Of a stretch of 30,114 nucleotides of DNA, positions 19,346 to 27,300 are shown one piece after another. This DNA is from Thermoplasmatales archaeon SW_10_69_26 (GTDB lineage: Archaea; Thermoplasmatota; SW-10-69-26), in NCBI GenBank assembly GCA_003009755.1, contig PXUB01000014.1, positions 1 to 30,114 on the forward strand. The letters are read 5' to 3'. Within the stretch, counting starts at the first letter, position 1. Every line of letters starts with the position of its first letter. The position numbers and the translations under genes are program-made. Below the pieces are notes generated by a model. The model was not told the DNA's origin, searched no databases, and saw only the letters and a list, made by a program, of their open reading frames with translations.

Positions 19346-20179
19346 TCAAACCGCTGGCGAAAGCAGGACGACGGCGCCCAGCGCCCAGCAGTACCAGCAG
19401 AAGTGCGTGAACCCGCGGCGTTCGACGATGCGGACGAGCAGCCACAGCGCCCCGTAGCCGACGAGCGCGGCGACGGTCACGCCGGCGGCGTAGGCCGGCC
19501 AGGCGCCGCGAGCGGCCGACAGCGATCCCGGATCGGCTTGGAGGACGGTGGCACCGGCGATGGCGGGGATGGACAGCAGGAACGAGAAGCGGACGGCGTG
19601 CTCGCGCTCGACGTTGCGTTGGAGAGCCATCCCGATCGTGGCCCCCGAGCGGGAGACGCCGGGCACGATGGCCAACCCCTGGAACAGACCGACGAGGAGG
19701 GCATCCCAGCCGCCCGGGCTGTCGGGGTCGGGCTCGGGGGCATAGCGAGCCAGGAACAGCCAGGCGCCGGTGGCCAGCAGCGCGATGCCGACGACGGTCG
19801 TGCTCTCGAAGAAGCCGACGAGCCGGTCCTCGAAGGTGAACCCGATGGCGACCGTGGGGATCGTGCCGACGACGACGAGCGCGGCCAGGCGCCGGTGGGG
19901 GTCCTCCCACCAGACCTCGCGCCAGCCGCCGCTCTCGCGGTGGGCGCGGGGGGCGCGGGCGAGCGCGAGGAGGACCTCGCGCACGGTGTCCCGATAGAAC
20001 ACGAGGATGACGGCGAGGGTCCCGAGGTGGAGCAGCGCGTCGAAGAAGACGTCGACCTCGACGCCGAGGTACTGCTGGGCGAGCACGAGATGACCGCTGC
20101 TGGAGACGGGCAGCCACTCCGTGAGGCCTTGGATGAGGCCCAACAGGATGGCCTCGAGCAACGAGGGGCCCGACGACAC
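19346..20179 (-). CDS. uppP: Undecaprenyl-diphosphate phosphatase (BacA family)
   Basis: LGLIQGLTEWLPVSSSGHL, LHLGT, QGLAIVPGVSRSGAT, FSFLLSIP. Multiple TM segments. Confidence 0.93.
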   Translation of the reverse strand: MSSGPSLLEAILLGLIQGLTEWLPVSSSGHLVLAQQYLGVEVDVFFDALLHLGTLAVILVFYRDTVREVLLALARAPRAHRESGGWREVWWEDPHRRLAALVVVGTIPTVAIGFTFEDRLVGFFESTTVVGIALLATGAWLFLARYAPEPDPDSPGGWDALLVGLFQGLAIVPGVSRSGATIGMALQRNVEREHAVRFSFLLSIPAIAGATVLQADPGSLSAARGAWPAYAAGVTVAALVGYGALWLLVRIVERRGFTHFCWYCWALGAVVLLSPAV

Positions 20180-20255
20180 GGGCCTGTCGAGGCCCGGCCA
20201 CGGCTTGAAGGCTTCGAAGCTGGGCCCTCCCTCGCCCCCGCCGCGGGCAGGCCCG

Positions 20256-22787
20256 TCAGCTGGGCCGCGTCGTCGGTTCGCGCACGATCGTGCACCGCCC
20301 TTCGCCGTCGACCTGTTCGCCGTCTGGAGTGAAGTAGGTGCACAGGTCGGTGGCGACGTTGGCCGTGTGGGCGATGGCTTCGGCTTCGCAGGTCTGCCAG
20401 CCGTCGGCGTCTTGGGGGATCGTGCACGCGGCGTCGGCGCCTGTGCACTTGACGGCGGCCCCGGACCCGGGGGGCCCGAACCACTCGACCTTGTAGCGCC
20501 CCTCGCGGCACTCGATCGGCACGTTCTGCCGGGCGCCGCCGATCCACGAGCACTCGATGTCCTCCTCGGGGACGGCGTCTGCGTAATTGTCGCGGATCTC
20601 CTGGCAGGCTTCGAACGAGCCGGGGCGGTACTCGGTGGTGCTCTCGCCGAGGAAGATCCGGCTCGGCGTGGATTCGGCTTCCGAGTACACCACGTATTCC
20701 CCCTCGGGGTGGGGCGTGTCCGGGAAGGTGCAGTAGTCGCTGGTCCGCACGCCCACCTCGAGCTCGTCGCCCGGCTCGAACGTGACCTCCCGAGGCTCGT
20801 GGACGGGATCGTCAGCGCTTACCTGCTTGTCACCGAACACGACGGGGATCTCCTTCATCCAGGGCCCGGGACCGGCCATCGGTTCCGCATCGGTCTCGCC
20901 GACGCCGATCACCTCGCGTTCGCCCGTGTCGGCGTCGATCCGGGCGATCTCGGCCTGGAAGTTCACCGAGCGGCAGAACACGGTGTGCTGGGTGGACTGG
21001 TCACCGTCGCCGATCCAGATCTCGGCGTAGGCGGCCGAGATGGTCGTCTCCTGCTGGATCTCGGTCCGATGGACGATGGACTCCCCCCAGGTCCTGGCCC
21101 GGACGCGCGGCAGGTCTCCCTCCGGCGCCTCGCGGGAGAGCTCGTCCTCGCCTTCGAGGTGGAACGCCTGGTCCTCGTCGGGGCTGACGACGGCGTCCTC
21201 GTGCAGGTAGTCGTCGGGGATCTCCGCGAGGCTCGGCTCGGTGTCGGGCAGGCCGTCGAAGGCGATCGCGGCCTCGAGAGCGTCGACGGCGTCGACGAGG
21301 CCGTGGCCGACCTCGTAGTTGGCGCCGTCCCACGGGTTCGTGGCGTCGGCTTGCAGGAACGGAGCCGGGCAGTGGCCGCCGTCGGCGAGCTCGGGGCCCT
21401 CGTGGGCGGTCGACTCGAGCACGTGCTCGACCTCGCCCGGCGTCAGCTCGGGGTTGGCTTGCAGCATGAGCGCGGCCACGCCCGCGATGTGGGCGGCGCC
21501 GATCGAGGTGCCGAACGCGTCGGTGTACCCGTAGCGGGCGGACGTGGGGTCCTGACCGCTGCCGGCCGGCAGCCGCGGCTGCTGCTGGACGGACAACGCG
21601 TTCGGGCTCGTGATCGCGTTGCTCGGTCCAGCGATGTCGGGCCACGTCGAGGGGTCGAAGGCGTTGCCTTGGCTGGAGATCTTCGAGGCGCAGCTGTCGC
21701 GGTCGCCGGGGCCCTCGTCGTCGTAGCCGGCGACGCCCAGGACGCCGGGCGTGGGCAGGGTGGCCTCGGCGGACGTGGCCGGGACGAGCGCTTCGCCGTG
21801 CCCGTTGCCGACGGGAAACACGACGACGTGACCGTCGTCGGCGAGGGCCTGGGCGAGCTGGAGGTGCGCCTGGCGCTCGTCGCCGCACTCGCGCTCGTCG
21901 CAGGTCCAGCCGTTGAGCACGACGTCGATCGCCGGGTCGAGCTGGTCCCCGTTCTCGAGGATCCAGTCGAAGGCGATCGCGGCCTCGAGCGTGGTGGCGG
22001 GCTTCTCGGCGGAGAACGTGCCGGCGTAGCCGCGCTGGTTGCGGGGTTCGACGGCGAACCCGTACAGCGAGGCGCCGGGGGCGGCGCCGCGGAGGTCGGC
22101 GTCGCCGGCCGTGCCGCCGCCGGTGCCGGCGGCGACGCCGGCGATGCGCGTGCCGTGGCCTTCGCCGAGCTCGCTGTAGGAGCCGACGTCGACGACGGCG
22201 GCCGGCGTGACGACGTAGTTGGCCGGCACCTTGCCCGGGGCGTCGAAGGTGGGGTGGGTGGCGTCGAGCCCGGAGTCGACGACGGCGATGCCGACGCCGT
22301 CACCGTCGATCGGGGAGCCGTCGTCGGCGGTGAAGGTGGCCGTGGGCTCGTCGACGAACGGCGAGGGGTCGAAGCTGGGATCGAACACCTCGCGGGCGCG
22401 GGAGGTGATCGTGGCCTCGTCGAGGTGGTACTCGAGGCGTTTGTCGGCGTCCTCGACGAACGTGATGCCGGGTTGCTCGGCCAGCGTGGCCAGGCTGCCC
22501 TCGCGGGCGAGGGCGTAGGCGGCGTCGAGGTGGGCGAACCGGTAGCGGGGCTCGATCCCGTCCAGCGCCGTGGCCCGATCGAGCGCCTCGTCGTCGCGGG
22601 CGTGCACGATGACGTTGGCGGGATCGCTCGCGGCGAGCCCGTCCTCGAGCACGTCGGCCGATCCCGATCCCGCAGCCGGGATCGACGGTCCATCCGGGGC
22701 GTCCACGGTGCCGGCGAGGGCTTGGCCGGCGGCGGGAACGGCGGTCACGAGCGCTAGCACGACGACGGCGAGACGGGGCACCTGCAT
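20256..22787 (-). CDS. Secreted subtilisin-like S8 peptidase with long Cys-containing C-terminal extension
   Basis: Signal peptide, propeptide and triad motifs IAVVDSG, GHGTRIAG and GTSIGAAHIAGVAALMLQANP. Start is ATG 22787; the rest of the 1289-aa ORF is antisense to the phosphatase. Confidence 0.88.
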   Translation of the reverse strand: MQVPRLAVVVLALVTAVPAAGQALAGTVDAPDGPSIPAAGSGSADVLEDGLAASDPANVIVHARDDEALDRATALDGIEPRYRFAHLDAAYALAREGSLATLAEQPGITFVEDADKRLEYHLDEATITSRAREVFDPSFDPSPFVDEPTATFTADDGSPIDGDGVGIAVVDSGLDATHPTFDAPGKVPANYVVTPAAVVDVGSYSELGEGHGTRIAGVAAGTGGGTAGDADLRGAAPGASLYGFAVEPRNQRGYAGTFSAEKPATTLEAAIAFDWILENGDQLDPAIDVVLNGWTCDERECGDERQAHLQLAQALADDGHVVVFPVGNGHGEALVPATSAEATLPTPGVLGVAGYDDEGPGDRDSCASKISSQGNAFDPSTWPDIAGPSNAITSPNALSVQQQPRLPAGSGQDPTSARYGYTDAFGTSIGAAHIAGVAALMLQANPELTPGEVEHVLESTAHEGPELADGGHCPAPFLQADATNPWDGANYEVGHGLVDAVDALEAAIAFDGLPDTEPSLAEIPDDYLHEDAVVSPDEDQAFHLEGEDELSREAPEGDLPRVRARTWGESIVHRTEIQQETTISAAYAEIWIGDGDQSTQHTVFCRSVNFQAEIARIDADTGEREVIGVGETDAEPMAGPGPWMKEIPVVFGDKQVSADDPVHEPREVTFEPGDELEVGVRTSDYCTFPDTPHPEGEYVVYSEAESTPSRIFLGESTTEYRPGSFEACQEIRDNYADAVPEEDIECSWIGGARQNVPIECREGRYKVEWFGPPGSGAAVKCTGADAACTIPQDADGWQTCEAEAIAHTANVATDLCTYFTPDGEQVDGEGRCTIVREPTTRPS

Positions 22788-22895
22788 CGACGAAGCCTCC
22801 CACGGTGTCCAGCAGCATCCGGTGCCAAAAGCCTTCGGCGCGGAGCGGCGACCCCCGGCACGCAAGGTTTTTCCAGCCAGTTGGCCCTGGGTGGC

Positions 22896-24278
22896 ATGGG
22901 AGGTTCTCGCATCAGAGGGGCTGACCGTTCGCTGCTCGCGACTAGCAACCTGTTGACCGCCGTGGCCGCCGTCCTCGTCGTCGGCGGCGGTGCCTTGATC
23001 GCCGGGATGGCCGAGGACGACACCGGCTCCGAGGCCGAGGTCCAAAGCGTCGATCCAATGCCGCGGGGCGTGCACCTGAGCTGGGTGGACGACCCGCAGA
23101 CGACGATGACCGCCACCTGGTTCACCGACGGGACAGATCCGGGCACGGTGGTGCAGTGGGCTGCCACCTGCGGCGACCTGTCCGACGAGGCCACCCGATC
23201 GTCGACCAACGGCACGGCCTCGACGTTGACCCGCAAGCCCGACGTCCACGTCCACGAGGCGACGATGACCGGGTTCTCGCCCGGTGAGTCGTTCGCCTAC
23301 CGCGTCGGCAGCTTCGAGGGCGGCTTCTCGCCGTGCTACGAGACGTCGACGGCGCCGGACGAGGGTCCGGTCGACATCGCCCTGTACGGGGACCAGGGCC
23401 TGGGCGAGAGCGCCGAGGCCGTCCACGACCGCGTCAAGGCCAACGATCCGGACATGGTGCTGATCGCCGGCGACCTCGCCTACGGCGAGAACGATCCGCA
23501 GGTTTGGGACGACTGGTTCGCGATGAACGAGGACATCTTCGCCGAAACCCCGGTGATGAGCTCGCCGGGGAACCACGAGACCTACGCGGACGCGAGCCCT
23601 CCCACGGCCTCCTACGAGGAGCGGCTGGCACAGCCGGGAGAAGAGCTGTACTACAGCTTCGATTTCGTGAACGCCCACTTCCTCGTCCTCATGTCCGAGA
23701 CGCCCGACGCGACCGGGCGCGGCTACTTCCAGGACATGGTCGAGTTCGCCGAGCAGGACCTGTCGGAGGCCTACGAGGCCAAGAAGGCCGGCGAGATCGA
23801 CCACATCTTCGTGATCCAACACCACCCGCTGTACAGCAACACGCAGCGCGCCGGTCGCTGGGTCGACGCCGAGATGGCCAGCTGGGAGGAGCAGCTGTTC
23901 CACCGCTAGGACGTGAGCATGCTGCTCGTCGGCCACAACCACAACTACGAGCGCACGTATCCGATGGCTTACCAGACGCCCACCTCGCTCGAGCAGGAGC
24001 ACTACGAGGATCCAGAGGGCTGGATCGAGCTGATCAGCGGAGGCGGTGGCCAGGGCTTGTACTCGTTCAAGCACCCCGACGACTTCCTGCCGTACTCGGC
24101 CTCGCACGAGCACGCCCACCACCACACGAACCTCGAGCTCGACGGCGACACGGTCACCGTCCGGGCCGAGCGGGCGCTCTTCCAGCCGGGCGAGATCTTC
24201 GACCAGTTCACCCTCGTCGAGTCCGAGGATCCGGTCGCGAAGACCGCGACGGAGCCGTCGACGCAGGTCGCACGCTGA
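22896..24278 (+). pseudogene. Purple acid phosphatase-like metallophosphoesterase (FN3-like plus catalytic domain), interrupted by an in-frame TAG at 23907-23909
   Basis: Motifs GDQG, GDLAY, GNHE and HHP before the TAG; GHNHNYER and SGGGG after it, in the same frame. N-terminal hydrophobic anchor. Confidence 0.85.
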
Positions 24279-24293
24279 CGAGCGAGGGCCGCG

Positions 24294-25025
24294 TCAGGCG
24301 TCGACGAGCTTGTCGCGCTCGTAGACGTCGATCTCGTGCACCATCGAGGGGTCCTGCTGGGCGGCGTACGCGATCGCGTCGGCGACCTCCTCGGGTTCGA
24401 CGACCTCGCCGGGCGCGAAGCGGTCCTGGAAGGCCTCGCCGTCGATCTCGAACTCGGTCCGAACGGCGGCCGGGTTGACGATGGTGACGGCCACGTCGTC
24501 GCCGGCCTGGGCGGAGACGCTCTTGGCGAAGCCACGCGTCCACCACTTCGTGGCGGCGTACACGGGGTTGTACCCGCGGGGCGCCTTGCCGGCGGCGCTG
24601 CCGACGAAGACAGCCAGCCCCTCGGCGTCTTGCAGGTGGGGGAGGGCGGCGCGGGTGGCGTAGAACATGCCATCGCAGTTGGTGTCCATCATCGTCTCGT
24701 AGGCCTCGTCCTCCATCGTGGCGACCTCGGCCCCTCGGGCGAGGCCGGCGTTGTTGACGAGTACATCCAGGCGGCCGAGCTCGTCGACGGTCGTCTCGAC
24801 GAGGGCGTCGACGGCCTCGCGGTCGGTGACGTCACTCGGGACGGCGAGCGCCTGCACGCCGTGGGCTTCGCGAACCTCCTCGGCCAGCTTCGCAAGCCGG
24901 TCCTCCCGTCGCGCGGCCAACGCCACGTCGGCGCCCTCCCGGGCGAGCGCGCGGGCCGTGGCGGCACCGATCCCGGAGCTGGCCCCCGTCACGATCGCGA
25001 CCTCGTCGGCGAGCGGTGCAGACAT
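24294..25025 (-). CDS. SDR family NAD(P)-dependent oxidoreductase
   Basis: TGASSGIG, LVNNAG, catalytic YAATK; ARR suggests NADP preference. Confidence 0.92.
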   Translation of the reverse strand: MSAPLADEVAIVTGASSGIGAATARALAREGADVALAARREDRLAKLAEEVREAHGVQALAVPSDVTDREAVDALVETTVDELGRLDVLVNNAGLARGAEVATMEDEAYETMMDTNCDGMFYATRAALPHLQDAEGLAVFVGSAAGKAPRGYNPVYAATKWWTRGFAKSVSAQAGDDVAVTIVNPAAVRTEFEIDGEAFQDRFAPGEVVEPEEVADAIAYAAQQDPSMVHEIDVYERDKLVDA

Positions 25026-25049
25026 CGGCGGCCCTAGGCGGGAGCGAGG

Positions 25050-25430
25050 TTAAACCTCGTTGGGGGGGACGCATATAAGCAGGGGCGCAGAGGACAGCAG
25101 AGGGGACCGGGTGAGGATGGTGGGAGGAGGAGAGCAGCGACGTTGCGGGAGGGCGGGGTCGAGCGTGCCCAGGAAGACACGCCAGCCGATCCCCACCGCA
25201 ATGAACGCCGCCTCCAGGCCCTCCCGGACCAGGCCGACCCCGTCGTCTGTGACGGTGACGTCCTGCAGCGTGACGGGGCCCGCCCCGCTCCTCTCGATCG
25301 TCGCCGGGGAGGCCAGGCCTCTCGGTTCCAAGCTCGACCGGTGCCTCGTCTCCGCGCTCGGGGCGGCCGGTGCCCTCTGACGCGTCCAGTCCCATGCAGC
25401 CAGCCAGCGGACGACGACGAGGAGCACCAC
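25050..25430 (-). CDS. Possible small membrane protein or gene remnant
   Basis: Hydrophobic N-terminus and VTLQDVTVTDDG...AFIAVGIGW segment. The rest has atypical composition. Confidence 0.25.
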   Translation of the reverse strand: MVLLVVVRWLAAWDWTRQRAPAAPSAETRHRSSLEPRGLASPATIERSGAGPVTLQDVTVTDDGVGLVREGLEAAFIAVGIGWRVFLGTLDPALPQRRCSPPPTILTRSPLLSSAPLLICVPPNEV

Positions 25431-25514
25431 GGCCCGGATCCAGGTCGTCCTACCGGTTCCACGGACCTCGCCCCGGATCGAGCCCGATCGGCCCCGGTCA
25501 CGGTTCGTCCTCGA

Positions 25515-26162
25515 TCAGCTCGACGGGCCCGCCCGCTGGGCCTCGCCGGTGTCGGCGTCGACCTTCATCTGGACGTTCTCGTCGCTCGTCTTCGCGTTCA
25601 GCAGCCACGACTTGTCGCCACCGCCCTGCGCGAGCAGGTAGCCGACCTTGACGTCCTCGCTCTCCAGGGCGGAGGCGAACTCGTCGTCGGCGTCGACGGC
25701 CGCCTGCACGGCGTCGGCGCTCGACACCGACCAGTCCTCGACGGGCGCGTCCATGAAGAACGTGTCCTGCTGGCGCTCTTCGAGGTGGGTCTCCCCGTCC
25801 ACGTTCATGTAGACTGTGGCCAGGTTGCCCTCGCCGTCCTCGAACGTGTACGTCCACTGGGGCGACAGGCCGTCGCCGACGTTGTCATCAGCCTGGAAGT
25901 CGAAAGCCTCGCTGGACCACTCCTCGGCGCTGCCCTCGGTGGTCTCCGTGATCGAGGTTCCGATGAACTCGGCGTCGCTGGACCACTCGGCGGCCCTCGA
26001 TTCGGCGTTCGAGAGACGATCCTGAGCCGTCATCGCGTCACCGTCGACCCCCCCGCCTCCTCCTCCGCCCCCGGCGCAGCCCGCCAGCGGGGCGGCCAGC
26101 AGGAGGACGGTGGCCAACAGATGCACGTTGCCGTTCGCCGACCCGCCCTCGGAGCCGATCAT
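25515..26162 (-). CDS. Lipoprotein with tandem PepSY-like repeats, paralog of 1470-2528
   Basis: LLATVLLLAAPLAGC lipobox, poly-Gly tether, GDGLSPQWTY, DWSVSSADAV, KVDADTGE. Start is ATG 26162 or GTG 26126. Confidence 0.75.
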   Translation of the reverse strand: MIGSEGGSANGNVHLLATVLLLAAPLAGCAGGGGGGGGVDGDAMTAQDRLSNAESRAAEWSSDAEFIGTSITETTEGSAEEWSSEAFDFQADDNVGDGLSPQWTYTFEDGEGNLATVYMNVDGETHLEERQQDTFFMDAPVEDWSVSSADAVQAAVDADDEFASALESEDVKVGYLLAQGGGDKSWLLNAKTSDENVQMKVDADTGEAQRAGPSS

Positions 26163-26314
26163 CGAGGGCTCCCCCCGGTGTCGGTCGGTCGATCGAACCG
26201 CGCCAGCCCGCCGGCCGTCTGCTCGATGCTTGATGTCGGTGGGTTCTCGTCCGTTCGTTGACCGCTCATCGGTGTCACGTGGTGGACGGATGGACGTCGA
26301 GGGGGACCATGGTT

Positions 26315-26332
26315 TGCAGTCGGACGACTGCA
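26315..26332. promoter_or_regulatory. Palindromic operator candidate, copy 1
   Basis: TGCAGTCG-GA-CGACTGCA; the same arms occur at 27157-27174. Confidence 0.6.
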
Positions 26333-26371
26333 GGGGATCGAAGAGGTCGGAGGACGGTGACCCGTCCCGCC

Positions 26372-27094
26372 TTACTCCGGCACGAACGTCAACAGCGAAC
26401 GCCCGACGCCGATCGCGTCGCCGGGTTGTAGGACCCGCTTCTCGTCCTCGGGGAGGCGCTGCCAGTTGATCCACGTCCCGTTCTTGCTCTGCGGGAGGTC
26501 GCGGATCGCGAATCCGTCCTCCCGCGGTTGGACGAAGCTGTTCTGCGTGCTCACGTAGGGATCGTAGTCCAGGCAGATCGGGGCGTCCTCGCTACGACCG
26601 ATCGCCCAGCCACCCTCCTGGCGACTGGCCTCGGTCAACGGGAAAGCCTTCCCTTCGTAGACGCCGTGCGTGAGCACCAGGCGGGGACCCTCGGCCTCGT
26701 CGGGCGAGGCCATCGGGTCCACCGTCCCCGTGGCCTCGGGATCGACGCCGTCCCCGGCGTACATCGTGGACAACTCGCGCAGGTCCTCGACCACCGCGTA
26801 CAGCTTGGAGGCGTTCACCTGGTAGCGGCGCGCCCCCGCGTCCTCCGGCTGCTCCTCACGGACGAAGCCGCAGGCGACGAGCTTGTCCACGTGCTGTTGG
26901 ATCGTCTGGCGGGCCAGGGGACGATCGGGGCTGCCCTCCCCCGTCTGCTTGTGCGGGGTGATCTCCAGCTCGCTGACCTCTTGTGGCATCCTCAGGTGGG
27001 TGAGAAGCTCGAGGCGGACCGGGTAGGCGAGCGCTTCGAGGAACTCCGCGAGAGCCACGTAGTTCACCGGCGGCTGGGAGGGGTCCGAGCGCAC
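26372..27094 (-). CDS. ArsR-type winged-HTH regulator fused to a C-terminal FHA domain
   Basis: N-term LEALAYPVRLELL...LARQTIQQHVDKLVACGFV (wHTH). C-term WAIGRS...DPYVSTQN...IRDLPQSKNGTWIN...LQPGDAIGVG (FHA). Start is GTG 27094 or ATG 27121. Confidence 0.85.
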   Translation of the reverse strand: MRSDPSQPPVNYVALAEFLEALAYPVRLELLTHLRMPQEVSELEITPHKQTGEGSPDRPLARQTIQQHVDKLVACGFVREEQPEDAGARRYQVNASKLYAVVEDLRELSTMYAGDGVDPEATGTVDPMASPDEAEGPRLVLTHGVYEGKAFPLTEASRQEGGWAIGRSEDAPICLDYDPYVSTQNSFVQPREDGFAIRDLPQSKNGTWINWQRLPEDEKRVLQPGDAIGVGRSLLTFVPE

Positions 27095-27154
27095 GTCTCC
27101 ACGATGCGTCCCCGCCCTCATGAAACCCTGAACGGGACAGCGTCCGTTTGTGTC

Positions 27155-27176
27155 TCTGCAGTCGACCGACTGCAGA
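27155..27176. promoter_or_regulatory. Palindromic operator candidate, copy 2 (divergent promoter)
   Basis: Perfect TCTGCAGTCG-AC-CGACTGCAGA between the regulator and kinase genes. Confidence 0.6.
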
Positions 27177-27300
27177 CTCGCGGGACCCGCGCCAGCTCGA
27201 GAAACCCGCGCCATACAGCGAGCGGGCTCCCGATCGGCTCGAACGGGCGTGGGAGGGTTCAAGTAACCCTCTCGATTGAAAATGTTCAGGAGGAACGGGC

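Noticed and set aside
19290-20201. Arg-rich N-terminal extension of the 868-aa ORF
   Set aside because: Alternative frame of uppP; the hydrolase starts with a lipoprotein signal at 19289
22788-24125. Apparent 1289-aa S8 protease
   Set aside because: The extension is antisense to the phosphatase; a signal peptide begins at ATG 22787
22896-24278. Phosphatase as the cognate eraser for the Ser/Thr kinase
   Set aside because: Purple acid phosphatase type with an export/anchor signal, so likely extracellular; also interrupted and not adjacent
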